Shown here: in pieces, positions 22,438 to 32,786 of the stretch | Position numbering within the stretch: position 1 is the stretch's first letter | How the letters are laid out: each line of letters begins with the position of its first letter | DNA from: Candidatus Micrarchaeia archaeon | GTDB taxonomy: Archaea; Micrarchaeota; Micrarchaeia; Burarchaeales; Fermentimicrarchaeaceae | NCBI GenBank assembly: GCA_038871515.1 | Contig: JAVZHX010000001.1 | Coordinates: 477,697-541,696, forward strand | Direction: 5' to 3' | DNA length: 64,000 bases | Translations under genes and position numbers: made by a program | Notes under the pieces: generated by a model | Database searches by the model: none | What the model was told of the DNA's origin: nothing | What the model saw: the letters and a program-made list of their open reading frames with translations, nothing else

Positions 22438-23511
22438 ATGATTGAGGTAAAAGCGGATGAGATGGAAGGGGGAGGGCAGGTTCTTCGCTCATCAATCTCC
22501 CTTTCCTCGGTTTTTGGAGTTCCAGTTAAACTATTCAACATACGGGCGAAGAGAGCAAAACCAGGGATGCAGGCACAGCACCTTATGGGGGTGGAAGCAG
22601 CTGCAAGGATTACATCTGCTGAGGTGCAAGGGCTTGAGAAAGGTTCAATGCAGTTAATATACACACCTAAAACAATCAACGCAGGTAAATTCAACTTCAA
22701 CATTGGAACTGCTGGCTCCTCCATGCTTGTCCTTCAAACAATTCTTCCAATTGCGCTTTTCTCCCCTTCTGAAACTCAGGTGAGAATAATTGGTGGCACA
22801 CACGTTGCATGGTCACCAAACTTTCACTTTGTAAAAGAGGTTTTCCTTCCAATTATTAAGAAAATGGGATGCTCGCTTGAATCCTTTGAGCTTGAGAGAG
22901 CTGGCTGGTATCCAAAAGGAGGAGGAGCGGTTAAACTTCTCATCAAACCAATCAACAGCTTGAAACCAATTCAGCTCACATCCCCGGGAAAGATGATTAA
23001 AATACTTGGAATCTCGTGCTGCTCTAACCTTCCAGAAACAATCCCTCAGAGGCAGGCAAGCGCTGCAAGAAAGCTGCTTATAAAAAACGGCTACGATGCG
23101 GAGATAGAGGAGGTGACCCTCCCCTCCTACTCCAAAGGTTCAGCGCTAACTCTATGGGCAATTTATGAGAACACGATACTCGGGGCATCATCATTAGGCG
23201 AGCTTGGAAAAAAATCCGAGGTGGTGGGGGAGGAGGCGGCAAAAAACCTTCTTGAGGAAATGAAAAGTGGTGCAGCTCTTGACAGCCATATGGGTGACCA
23301 AGTATTAATTTACATGGGGCTTGCAAAAGGCGAATCCTCTGTAACAGTCAGCAAGCTCACCTCGCATATAAAAACAAATATATGGGTGATTGAGCAGTTC
23401 ATCAATTCAAGATTCAGAATTGAGGAGTTTGAGAGTGGTGTTGCGAAAATCACAATAGAAGGAGTTGGGCTTGAGAGAGCTCAGCGCTCACTCGAAGAGA
23501 ATTGGAAGTAA
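22438..23511 (+). CDS. rtcA: RNA 3'-terminal phosphate cyclase
   Basis: EGGGQVLR, RAKPGMQAQH, GGTHVAWSP, GWYPKGGG, DSHMGDQ. Confidence 0.95.
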   Translation: MIEVKADEMEGGGQVLRSSISLSSVFGVPVKLFNIRAKRAKPGMQAQHLMGVEAAARITSAEVQGLEKGSMQLIYTPKTINAGKFNFNIGTAGSSMLVLQTILPIALFSPSETQVRIIGGTHVAWSPNFHFVKEVFLPIIKKMGCSLESFELERAGWYPKGGGAVKLLIKPINSLKPIQLTSPGKMIKILGISCCSNLPETIPQRQASAARKLLIKNGYDAEIEEVTLPSYSKGSALTLWAIYENTILGASSLGELGKKSEVVGEEAAKNLLEEMKSGAALDSHMGDQVLIYMGLAKGESSVTVSKLTSHIKTNIWVIEQFINSRFRIEEFESGVAKITIEGVGLERAQRSLEENWK

Positions 23512-24366
23512 GTAACCCAGCGGGTCGCCGAAGAGAACTGAGAAGAGCAGTGCAATCAAAACATATGGCATGAAAACAGGCATTTCCTTATAAACAGGGA
23601 ACTTCTTTCTCTTGCCAATTTTTTTCAGTTTCTCTATTTCACTTAAGGTAAGCAGCTTACGCAGGTTATGTCTTTTAACAAACTCCTCATCCATCTTCTC
23701 AACTGCCAGTATATCCTCCTCATCTATCTCATCAACTCCAACCATCTTTATCATGTACTTCTCTGCGATGTGTTCTTTCAGAGCAAATGTAAATGTGGCG
23801 CATATAATCACTGCGGTGAACACAGCGAGCTGAAGCTGGGAGAGCTCAACAATTGAGGTTAAAGTGTAGAGAAGCGCCATATAAAGAATAAGCGTTATTG
23901 CAGAGAGAAGGGCGGTTGTGCGGTTGATGAGAAGCTTCTCCCCTTTAACGTAGTTGTAAAGTGTAACTGGCACGTATTTGAGAAAAACGCCAAATACCCC
24001 AAGCATCCCGGAAAGCATAAAAACTGAAACCACGAAAGGGAAGCCTGAGTTGAAGTAAGTTGGTGTCAGGAGTGGATGTGGTGCTTCTGGAAGCAGGAGG
24101 GCGATTGAGACGAATAATAATACATCCGCTCCACCAATCTGACCTGTTATGTAAAGCAAGTAACCTATTACAAAAACAACAAAACCAACTGATAAATTAT
24201 AAAAAATTAGTGATGGGTTAAAAGTTGCAAAAGTGAAAATAACCCCCATCCCAACCAACGAGTAGCTCAACCACGTTGGAACATTCCTTCTGTTGAATAA
24301 ATCATAATACGTTGCAACAGCGCATCCCGCAAAGCAGATGAAAAACCTCAATGCTTCAAACTCCAT
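23488..24366 (-). CDS. Prepilin/preflagellin peptidase (A24)
   Basis: YYDLFNRRNVP (first Asp), IGGADVLL (GxGD-type), C-terminal MPVFMPY. Confidence 0.85.
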   Translation of the reverse strand: MEFEALRFFICFAGCAVATYYDLFNRRNVPTWLSYSLVGMGVIFTFATFNPSLIFYNLSVGFVVFVIGYLLYITGQIGGADVLLFVSIALLLPEAPHPLLTPTYFNSGFPFVVSVFMLSGMLGVFGVFLKYVPVTLYNYVKGEKLLINRTTALLSAITLILYMALLYTLTSIVELSQLQLAVFTAVIICATFTFALKEHIAEKYMIKMVGVDEIDEEDILAVEKMDEEFVKRHNLRKLLTLSEIEKLKKIGKRKKFPVYKEMPVFMPYVLIALLFSVLFGDPLGYLLPILFE

Positions 24367-24370
24367 TCAT

Positions 24371-25294
24371 TCACCCTACAATTTTTATTTTCCTATTCTT
24401 TCTTAGTTCCTCCATCAACCTCTCAGTTATCTTCGCTTCCGTCTGCCTCCTCTTCCTTGCTGAAACTAAGTAACGCACCGCAACTCTCACATTTCCATCC
24501 CTTAAAGAAAGATAGACAATCGGCTCCTCCTTTATATCCCTTATTTTCAGCTTATACTTTCTTGAGCTCAGGAACTTTGCAGCATCCCTCATCTTCTCAC
24601 CAACAATCTCCTTAACAACTCCCTCAGTTATCCTCTTTGCAAGTTCGTAATCGCATCCATGAGATATTCTGAAAGAAATTTCATCCCATATGAATGGGCC
24701 CTCAGCGGTGTAGTTTATCACATTCTTCTCAAGCACAATTCTATTTGGCACGCTTACAAACCCACCAGTCTCCTGCCAGCTGTTCCTGTCCAGCTCATTT
24801 ATTCTTGTGAAAAATAGATTTATGTCAGACACATCTCCAAGCGCTCCCCAAACACTATCTCCAATATAAACTCTATCACCTATTTTATACAACCTTGACA
24901 TCACTATTGACAGCCAGCCAATCACGTTGAGAAGAATTGGTTGAAGCGCTATTGCCAAGCCAGCTCCAACCAACCCCGAAAATATTGTGAGAAAAGTCAC
25001 ATCACCTATGAAAATAAATCCCATGATAAGCAGAGCCAAACCACCCATGAAATACTTCAGAACTCCACTGATATACCGCGTCTCATCCTCAGACAACTTA
25101 AATGCTCTTCTTACCCACTCCTCCACAAGGGTTAGCGTCACAATAGCAAGCGCAATTACAACTGCTGCTAGAACAGCTTTATTAACATAAACCATTAACT
25201 CAGTTGGAATTCCTAACTTATCACGAACTGTTGGGAAATAGTAAACGAGCAGCAAAACAACAATCACGCAAATAACAAGGTAAACCAGCCTCAT
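24371..25294 (-). CDS. mscS: MscS-family mechanosensitive channel
   Basis: GAGLAIALQ..LLN..GW, YKIGDRV, GDVSDI, VPN, VINY. Confidence 0.9.
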   Translation of the reverse strand: MRLVYLVICVIVVLLLVYYFPTVRDKLGIPTELMVYVNKAVLAAVVIALAIVTLTLVEEWVRRAFKLSEDETRYISGVLKYFMGGLALLIMGFIFIGDVTFLTIFSGLVGAGLAIALQPILLNVIGWLSIVMSRLYKIGDRVYIGDSVWGALGDVSDINLFFTRINELDRNSWQETGGFVSVPNRIVLEKNVINYTAEGPFIWDEISFRISHGCDYELAKRITEGVVKEIVGEKMRDAAKFLSSRKYKLKIRDIKEEPIVYLSLRDGNVRVAVRYLVSARKRRQTEAKITERLMEELRKNRKIKIVG

Positions 25295-25334
25295 CCATTC
25301 ACCTTCAATTATAATAATAAATTAACTTTATAAA

Positions 25335-26654
25335 CTACGCTCCGAATTTGCCACCAGTTTTCATAAACCTTTCAACCTGCCTTCTTAAACCTCTATTCTT
25401 CTTAAACATGTTCAGAAACTTCCTCATTTTCTCAAACTGGGAGAGAAGCTCCCTCACCTCCTCAACCTTTGTTCCAGACCCCTTTGCAATTCTCTCAATT
25501 CTCTTTGGGTTCTTTCTCACAAGCTCCACATCCTTCCTCTCCTCCTTTGTCATCGAGTTTATAATCACCTCATATTTCTTCAGCTTCTCCTCGCTTTCCT
25601 CCATGAGCTCCTTCGGCAAGTCAACCATCCCCATCATTTGAAAGACTCCCTTCAGCGGGCCGAGTTTCTTCGTTGCTTTCAGCTGTTCATAGAAGCTTTC
25701 AATAGTAAGCTCTTCCTCAAGAAGCTTCTCGGCATCAACCTCCTCAACCCCCGCTTTTTTCACTTTCTCAAGCAAACCCTCCAAGTCAGGGAAGCCAAGC
25801 AGCCTACCAACAAACTTTTTTGCATCAAAAACTTCAAAATCATCAACTTTTTCTCCTGTGCCTATGAATGCAATTTTTGCTCCTGAAGCAGCAACAGAGC
25901 TTAGGGCACCTCCACCTTTCCCACTTCCATCCATCTTTGTAACCACAACTCCAGTAAGCCCAACCGCCTTGTTGAACTCCTCCGCCTGCTTCCTTGCAAT
26001 CTGCCCAATATCAGCGCTGACAACAAGCAGCTTCTCATCTGGCTGAAGCGCCTCGTTTATTCCCTTCAACTCCTCCTGCAGCTTCTCATCAAACGCATCC
26101 CTCCCGGAGGAGTCAACTATCACAACGTCTTTATCTTTGAAATACTCCAAACCACTCCTCACTATTTTAACAGAATCCACTTCCCCCTTCACTCCATAAA
26201 AAGGAATCCCTGTTTTTCTCGCAAGCTGTTCAACCTGCTCATATGCTGCGGGTCTATATGTATCGCAGCATATCAAACCAACGCTCAATCCTTTATCCCT
26301 GTAAAACTTCGCAAGCTTTGCTGTTGTTGTTGTTTTGCCACTACCAAAAAGCCCAAGCAAAAGCACTCTCTGCTTTCCCAACTTCGGCTCGTACTTTTCA
26401 CCCATAAGAGAGACAAGCTCCTCGTAAACAACTCTCACAACGTGCTCCTTCGCCCCCACCCCCCCAGCTGGCTTCTCACTAAAAGCTCTCTCCTGAATTC
26501 TTTTTGATAAATCAAAAACAAGCTTTACATTAACATCGTTTGTTATAAGCACCCTCTGCAACTCCTTCACAAGCTCCGCTACTGCTTTCTCATCCACTAT
26601 TGCAGCGCCAGTTATTCTGGCAATTGCCTTCCTTAAACCAGCTCCCAAATCCAT
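25335..26654 (-). CDS. srp54: Signal recognition particle protein Srp54
   Basis: GLFGSGKTTT, DTYRPAA, DSSGR, TKMDGSGKGG; M domain with SMTKEER and RIAKGSG. Confidence 0.96.
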   Translation of the reverse strand: MDLGAGLRKAIARITGAAIVDEKAVAELVKELQRVLITNDVNVKLVFDLSKRIQERAFSEKPAGGVGAKEHVVRVVYEELVSLMGEKYEPKLGKQRVLLLGLFGSGKTTTTAKLAKFYRDKGLSVGLICCDTYRPAAYEQVEQLARKTGIPFYGVKGEVDSVKIVRSGLEYFKDKDVVIVDSSGRDAFDEKLQEELKGINEALQPDEKLLVVSADIGQIARKQAEEFNKAVGLTGVVVTKMDGSGKGGGALSSVAASGAKIAFIGTGEKVDDFEVFDAKKFVGRLLGFPDLEGLLEKVKKAGVEEVDAEKLLEEELTIESFYEQLKATKKLGPLKGVFQMMGMVDLPKELMEESEEKLKKYEVIINSMTKEERKDVELVRKNPKRIERIAKGSGTKVEEVRELLSQFEKMRKFLNMFKKNRGLRRQVERFMKTGGKFGA

Positions 26655-26749
26655 AAAAACACAGAAATAATTTGTGCGGTGTATTTAATTACTCTTTCTG
26701 AGAAGCACATTAATAAAAACACATAAGCAAATCTATACTCGGTGTTTCA

Positions 26750-27967
26750 ATGAAGGAGCTTGTTGAAAAAATTGTTAAGGGTAGAATTGGCTTCCATGAC
26801 GTTCAGAAGTTTGTAAGCATGGGGGAAGCAGTTGAGGTGAGAAGAGCTGCGCTGGAAAGAATAACAAACACAAAACTGGAGCACATTGGAAAGTATTCAA
26901 TAGACTTGGGAAGCGCAACAAACAGAAACATTGACAACCCAATTGGCGTCACACAGATTCCTGTTGGAATTGCTGGCCCATTAAAAATAAAAGGAGAATA
27001 TGCAAGGGGGGACTTCTACATTCCACTTGCAACAACAGAGGGAGCATTAGTTGCATCTGTGAACAGGGGAGCAACTGCGATAACTGCAAGTGGTGGATGC
27101 AATGTGAGAATTCTTTATGAGGGAATGACAAGGGCGCCTCTCTTCAAAGTGAGAAATCTGAAGGAAGCAATAAAGCTGAAGGAGTGGGTGAATGCGAACT
27201 TCTACAAGCTGAAAGAGCTTATGGAGCAGGATAGATTTTTGAAGTTAAAAATGGTCGAGCCATTCATTACTGGAAGGCATGTTTTTCTGAGGTTTGTCTG
27301 CACAACTGGAGATGCGATGGGAATGAATATGATAACAATTGGGCTTGAGAGAGTTGTTGAGTTCATTGAGAAAGAAAACAGAGGAGCGAAATGCATTGCG
27401 CTCAGCGGCAACCTATGCACTGATAAAAAACCATCTGCAGCAAACTTCATACTTGGAAGAGGGAGAAGCGTCACTGCGGATGTAGTTATACCAGAAAACA
27501 TTGTGAGAAAAACACTGAAAACAACTTCAAAGAAGATTGTTGAGGTGAACTACGGAAAAAACTTCATTGGCTCGGCAAGGGCAGGAGTGCTTGGTGGTTT
27601 TAATGCTCACGTCGCAAACCCAATTGCTGCTTTATACATCGCATGCGGGCAGGATCCTGCGCAGATAATGAACAGCGCGATGGCAATAACATCGGCAGAG
27701 GAGGAGAGGGGAGGAGTTTACTTCTCAATACTTATGCCAAGCATTGAAAGTGGTGCTCTGGGAGGAGGAATGAACCTCCCAACCCAAAAAGAGGCATTGC
27801 AGATACTTCACTGCTACGGAGCAGGCAACCCACCAGGAAGCAATGCAAGGAAGTTTGCGGAGATTGCATGCGCAACTGCTCTCGCAGGTGAAATAAGTCT
27901 GATTTCTGCGCTTGCTGCCGGCCATTTGGCACGCGCTCACGAGAGGCTGGGAAGAGGCAAGGTGTAG
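26750..27967 (+). CDS. hmgA: Class I HMG-CoA reductase
   Basis: ATTEGALVAS, TGDAMGMNM, LSGNLCTDKKP, GQDPAQ, GEISL, HLARAH. Confidence 0.96.
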   Translation: MKELVEKIVKGRIGFHDVQKFVSMGEAVEVRRAALERITNTKLEHIGKYSIDLGSATNRNIDNPIGVTQIPVGIAGPLKIKGEYARGDFYIPLATTEGALVASVNRGATAITASGGCNVRILYEGMTRAPLFKVRNLKEAIKLKEWVNANFYKLKELMEQDRFLKLKMVEPFITGRHVFLRFVCTTGDAMGMNMITIGLERVVEFIEKENRGAKCIALSGNLCTDKKPSAANFILGRGRSVTADVVIPENIVRKTLKTTSKKIVEVNYGKNFIGSARAGVLGGFNAHVANPIAALYIACGQDPAQIMNSAMAITSAEEERGGVYFSILMPSIESGALGGGMNLPTQKEALQILHCYGAGNPPGSNARKFAEIACATALAGEISLISALAAGHLARAHERLGRGKV

Positions 27968-27971
27968 GTTT

Positions 27972-29705
27972 ATGGAACAGAGGTTTGCTGTTGCACTACT
28001 ACTGCTTCTGACAGTTTCAATAACTGCTTACCACATTCTTGACAAGCATCTGCTTGACTTACACTCATATGAACAAATTCTGAATGTGCGGCGCTTCATT
28101 GAGGGAAAGGAGCCTGCTGGGATGACAAACCAGCTCACCGCAGCAGTTTACAGCTTTTTCAGCACGGGCGAGTTCAACCCCTCCATTCTGCTCACAATTG
28201 CAAAAATCCTCCCAATTGTCCTGTCAGCATTATCGGTTGTTGCATTCTACTTCATGCTGAAGGAGATGTTCTCCCCGCTTGCTTCCTTCGCTGGTGCAGT
28301 GCTGCTTCTCTCCTCCCAGGCGTTTCTGCTTGGGATGCGCTCTGGCGTTTACTCTCCGGATTCACTTGGGATGTGCCTTTTTATCTTCGCCTGCCTTTCT
28401 CTTTTCCGCTCAAAGAAAAACTATCTCCTTCTTGCTCTTTCAGCAGTCCTTTTCATACTCTCCTCTCTTGGATGGAGCGCAGGGTGGGTGATGGTTGCCA
28501 TCGTTGCAATTTCCCTTCTCCTGCAGCAATTATTCTACCCGTCAAAAAAAGAGCACAGCTATGAGGCGATGGTTGCTCTCCTCGCCTCGCTTATTTCATA
28601 CTTTTTAACTACCCCAACGATATTCACCAAAACATCCTCCGCATCCCCATTCCTCCCAACTCTCCCTCTTCTGGTGTTTGGCTTCCTTTTATTTTTGGCA
28701 AGGCTAGCTGGCAAGTATCAATGCAAAGGAAAACTTGAATTTTTCACAGCATCCTTTTTCATCCTCTCAGCTCTTCTATACAATTTTGACGCATTCCCAT
28801 CCTCACTTGGAATTGCTCTTTTCTCAGCTTTCTCGGTAAATGAGCTTATTGCAATAAAGGAGCAGAAAGCTATACTTGCGCTTTTTTCCCTCACCATTCT
28901 TTTCGTTTCATTTGAGTTCACGCAAACATTCCTTAAGTTTGAGCAATCGCTTGTTGCCTCTCTCCTAATCGCAGCCAGCTCAGTTTTCATAGTTTCGCTT
29001 TACAGGGATAGGAGAATTGACGTTTACCTGACTTTCTCAATAATACTCCTCGTGCTTCTCTCATCGCTTAACACCGCTGCCTTAACACAGATAAGAATTT
29101 CTGATACGATTGGCTCGCCAGTTGATGAGATGATGGAGTGGGCAGGTGAACTGCCGGAGAATTCAACATTCTGGGTTTTCAGAATAACTCCTCTGATGGA
29201 GTTTATGACAGGAAGGAATTGCTACGAAAATGATACTGAGTTTGCGCAGTTCATCCTCTCAAACAATTCAGTTTCATTCTTGAAGGAGAGAAACATAACC
29301 CATCTTATGATTGATGCATCAATGTTTGATAATATAGAGATGATGAAAACATACGCAAACAACACAAAGGTTAGAATTGACTCATTCAGGCTCTATGGAA
29401 TTCAGGTAGACCAGACCGGGAACCGCTATGCAGTTTTTGTAACGACTGATGGAAAGGTTGCATTTGCTCAGATAGACCCGCTAACAAACAACCTTATGGA
29501 AGGAGATGTTGTAATATACATGGGTGAAGGAAGGAGAACAGTTCCACTTAAAAAATTCTTGAGGATTGGGAACTACAGGTTAGTATACCCCCAGGATAAC
29601 TACAGAGTTAATCTTTTCTTATTGTTTTTTGAAAATGTTGATGGGTTGAGAGAAGTCTATAATTCAGAGAATCAGGATATAAAAGTTTTTGAGGTAGTGG
29701 GATGA
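27972..29705 (+). CDS. AglB/STT3-like GT-C membrane protein lacking the WWDYG motif
   Basis: Many-TM N-terminal domain with STT3-like spacing (DLHSY, P..LSALSVVAFY, RSGVYSPDSLG) and a soluble C-terminal domain; the WWDYG position reads FWVFRITP. Confidence 0.55.
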   Translation: MEQRFAVALLLLLTVSITAYHILDKHLLDLHSYEQILNVRRFIEGKEPAGMTNQLTAAVYSFFSTGEFNPSILLTIAKILPIVLSALSVVAFYFMLKEMFSPLASFAGAVLLLSSQAFLLGMRSGVYSPDSLGMCLFIFACLSLFRSKKNYLLLALSAVLFILSSLGWSAGWVMVAIVAISLLLQQLFYPSKKEHSYEAMVALLASLISYFLTTPTIFTKTSSASPFLPTLPLLVFGFLLFLARLAGKYQCKGKLEFFTASFFILSALLYNFDAFPSSLGIALFSAFSVNELIAIKEQKAILALFSLTILFVSFEFTQTFLKFEQSLVASLLIAASSVFIVSLYRDRRIDVYLTFSIILLVLLSSLNTAALTQIRISDTIGSPVDEMMEWAGELPENSTFWVFRITPLMEFMTGRNCYENDTEFAQFILSNNSVSFLKERNITHLMIDASMFDNIEMMKTYANNTKVRIDSFRLYGIQVDQTGNRYAVFVTTDGKVAFAQIDPLTNNLMEGDVVIYMGEGRRTVPLKKFLRIGNYRLVYPQDNYRVNLFLLFFENVDGLREVYNSENQDIKVFEVVG

Positions 29706-30721
29706 ACATAGATTTCTTTGCCGCATGTGCAGTTATCTTTCTCATAAGCTTCCTTGTTGTTTTTCTCATCACTCCGAAAGCAATCAAAAAGCTGGAGGAG
29801 AGAAGGATAGTTGCGCCTGATTTGAACAAACCAGAAAGACCTGCAGTGCCAAAAATAGGAGGAATTGTAATGCTCCTTGGTTTATCCCTAGCTCTTCTCC
29901 TCTCCCTCCAGCTTCACTCCGCAGGAATTGATAAGGTTCATATGCTCGCTGCAATATGCTCCATAACCCTCATTGCAGTTATGGGTTTGCTTGATGACCT
30001 GTTGAAAATACCTGATAGATACAGGGTGCTCCTCCCAGTATTCGCTGCCATACCGCTTATGGTAACAAAAGCAGGAGTGACAAAAATGAACTTAATTCTC
30101 TGGACAGTTGATTTCAACTTGGGGGTGCTTTCCCTTCCCCTCATAGGAGCAGTTGACATAAATCTATACTCACTTCTGCTTGTCCCAATAGGAGTTGTGG
30201 CGTGCTCCAATCTAATAAATTTACTCGCTGGTTTCAATGGGCTTGAAGCAGGGACGGGTGCAGTTGTTTCCGCATTCATCTTCCTTGCAAGCATTCTTTT
30301 AAGATTCGCGGGGTTGCATACCACCGAAACAAGCTTCATAATGATTGGCTTGTTTGGCGCATGCCTCGCATTCCTTTTCTACAATTGGTATCCAGCAAGG
30401 ATATTCCCTGGCAACGTTGCGACGTATATGATTGGCGCATCAATTGTCGCAGCAGTTGTTCTAGGAAACATGGAGAGAGTAGGCGTAATTGCTTTAACAC
30501 CACAGATAATTGAATTTCTCCTAAAAATGCGCTCAAAATTCAAAGCAGAAAACTTTGGAAGAGTTGGAAGGGGAGGAAGGTTATACTACGATGGGGAGAT
30601 ATGCTCCTTAACTCACTTTCTTATGAAGACGATTCATCCAACAGAAAAGCAGCTTGTGCTCATCCTTCTGCTCCTGCAGATTTTCTTTGGCGTTGTTGCG
30701 GTGTGCAGCATATACGCATAA
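29702..30721 (+). CDS. aglH: UDP-GlcNAc:polyprenyl-phosphate GlcNAc-1-P transferase (AglH/GPT, glycosyltransferase family 4)
   Basis: DLNK..VPKIGG, GLLDD, NLINLLAGFNGLE, YNWYPARIFPGN. Confidence 0.85.
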   Translation: MNIDFFAACAVIFLISFLVVFLITPKAIKKLEERRIVAPDLNKPERPAVPKIGGIVMLLGLSLALLLSLQLHSAGIDKVHMLAAICSITLIAVMGLLDDLLKIPDRYRVLLPVFAAIPLMVTKAGVTKMNLILWTVDFNLGVLSLPLIGAVDINLYSLLLVPIGVVACSNLINLLAGFNGLEAGTGAVVSAFIFLASILLRFAGLHTTETSFIMIGLFGACLAFLFYNWYPARIFPGNVATYMIGASIVAAVVLGNMERVGVIALTPQIIEFLLKMRSKFKAENFGRVGRGGRLYYDGEICSLTHFLMKTIHPTEKQLVLILLLLQIFFGVVAVCSIYA

Positions 30722-31423
30722 CTACTTTGTCACCAAATCAACTATGCTTATTATTTGGTTTAGCTCCTCATAATCTGGCACTCTTCCTATATCTATCCAG
30801 TAGTCATCAAAAATATATCCATAGAACTTTCTCTTATCCTCAAGCAGTTTCGGGAATACATCCTGCGCAAAGTCATAACCCTCCTTTATGTATTCAAAAA
30901 TCTCCGGCTCAAAGCAGTAAAAACCAGAGTTCACAAGGTTCTGCACTATTGGCTTCTCCTCAAACCGAATTATCCTGCCTTCATTATCAATATGCGCCAC
31001 TCCGTACTCAAGCGGTATCCCGGTTCTCTTCAACGCAACAGTTGCCAATGCTCCTTTTCTTTTGTGGAATTCGGCAAACTTTTTTGGGTCTATTGTTGTG
31101 AGATGATCGCCCATTGTCACAACAAATGTATCCTTCACATATTCCCTGCAGGGGAGTATGGAGCCAGCAGTATTCATCTCCCTCTCCTCAACAAAATACT
31201 TTATTTTCACTCCAAACTTGCTCCCATCTCCGAAGTGTTTCATTATCTGGTCCTTCAAATACCCCACAGTGAAATATATTTCCTTAAATCCATGCCTGCT
31301 CAAGTTGTTAACAACAAACTCAAGAATTGGCTTTTTGCCAAGCGGTAGCATTGGCTTTGGGATGGAATATGTATACGGCCTTAATCTTGTTCCTCTCCCA
31401 CCGCACAGAACAATTGCCTTCAT
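30722..31423 (-). CDS. Sugar-1-phosphate nucleotidyltransferase
   Basis: LCGGRGTRLRPYT..PKPM, FEEKP, WIDIG. Confidence 0.93.
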   Translation of the reverse strand: MKAIVLCGGRGTRLRPYTYSIPKPMLPLGKKPILEFVVNNLSRHGFKEIYFTVGYLKDQIMKHFGDGSKFGVKIKYFVEEREMNTAGSILPCREYVKDTFVVTMGDHLTTIDPKKFAEFHKRKGALATVALKRTGIPLEYGVAHIDNEGRIIRFEEKPIVQNLVNSGFYCFEPEIFEYIKEGYDFAQDVFPKLLEDKRKFYGYIFDDYWIDIGRVPDYEELNQIISIVDLVTK

Positions 31424-32776
31424 TCAACCACCTCTACACCTCTCAACAATTTTCTTATACTTCCTTAAAAGCTCATCCGCTTTTCTTTTGCTCTTCGCCT
31501 CAGCAAATATCCTTATCAAATTCTCAGTTCCAGATGCTCTCACAATAACCCACGAATCATCAAAGTCAACCCTCACACCATCCACTGTATTCACTCTCCC
31601 CTCCCCCCTCACCCTTTCCTTAAACTCCTTCAGCACTTTCTGCTTCTTCTCATCCGGGCACTCAATTTTTGTTTTTGCGTTGTAATACTCGGGCATCTCT
31701 GCAATTAAAGAGGAAAGAGCTCTTTCCTCCTTGCACATTCTTTCAATAATTTTCAGCGCAGTTATAAACCCATCTTTGCCAAAGTGAATGGAAGGCCACA
31801 GCACCCCGCCTGCTTCCTCCCCCGCGATTACTGCGTTCAGCTCCTTAGCTCTCCTTGAAAGATACGGGCCGCCAACTTTCACGTATTCAATCACCCCTCC
31901 TCTCTCCTTTGCCACATCCGCAACTGCGTTGCTTGTTGCAACAGTTGTCACCACATACCCCCTTCTCTCTCTAAGCGCAATGTCAACTGCAAGCGCAAAA
32001 CTCCTATCCCCAAAAATATACTCCCCCCCTTCATCAACAAATATCACCCTGTCCGCATCCCCATCCCACGCAACTCCCAAATCCGCTCCCAATGCAACAA
32101 CACTCCCCATAAGCTCGGTAACGTTCTGCGGAGTTGGCTCTGAATTTCTACCTGGGAAGGAGCCGTCAAGCTGTCCATTCAGCGTAGTCACCTTGCACCC
32201 CAACTCTTTGAAAAGCTTTGGTGCAATTAAACTAGCCGTTCCATTCCCGCAGTCAAGCACAACCTTTGGAGCTTTCTTCATCACATGCCTTTTCTCAACG
32301 CATTTTCTTAGCATACCTATGTGGTCATCAAGCGCAAGTGGGTAATCCACGGACTCCTTAAGCGAACCCCAATCCACCTTTTTGAAGCTTCCCTTCTCAA
32401 AAATTTCCTCAATTCTCTCTCCCTCCTCCCGTGATATGCCTATCCCATCTTTATCAGTGAATTTCAACCCATTCCAATCAGGCGGATTGTGGGAAGCAGT
32501 TATCATAACTCCTCCGTTTGCTGAAATTTTTTTAACTTCGTACTCAAGAGTTGGGAGGGGGACAATACCAAGGTTTAATACTCTACACCCAACGCTCAGC
32601 AAACCGCTTATCACCGCATGCTCAAGCATCGCACCGCTGAAGCGCGCATCCCTCCCAACAAGCACACTTCCCCCATTTATAAATGTGCCAAAAGCAGCGC
32701 TCATTTTCGCAGCAAACTCGGGGGTGAGCAAATCAGATTTACCCCTTATTCCATACGTACCGAAATACTTTGCCAT
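31424..32776 (-). CDS. glmM: Phosphoglucosamine/phosphomanno-mutase
   Basis: FGTYGIRG, TASHNP, DGDADR, RASGTE. Confidence 0.92.
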   Translation of the reverse strand: MAKYFGTYGIRGKSDLLTPEFAAKMSAAFGTFINGGSVLVGRDARFSGAMLEHAVISGLLSVGCRVLNLGIVPLPTLEYEVKKISANGGVMITASHNPPDWNGLKFTDKDGIGISREEGERIEEIFEKGSFKKVDWGSLKESVDYPLALDDHIGMLRKCVEKRHVMKKAPKVVLDCGNGTASLIAPKLFKELGCKVTTLNGQLDGSFPGRNSEPTPQNVTELMGSVVALGADLGVAWDGDADRVIFVDEGGEYIFGDRSFALAVDIALRERRGYVVTTVATSNAVADVAKERGGVIEYVKVGGPYLSRRAKELNAVIAGEEAGGVLWPSIHFGKDGFITALKIIERMCKEERALSSLIAEMPEYYNAKTKIECPDEKKQKVLKEFKERVRGEGRVNTVDGVRVDFDDSWVIVRASGTENLIRIFAEAKSKRKADELLRKYKKIVERCRGG

Positions 32777-32786
32777 CACATCACAT

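Noticed and set aside
30405..30420. AglH motif FPGN instead of FxGD, suggesting a dead enzyme
   Set aside because: All other motifs are intact and, as I recall, an Asn variant occurs in functional crenarchaeal AglH; this is not sufficient evidence of inactivity.
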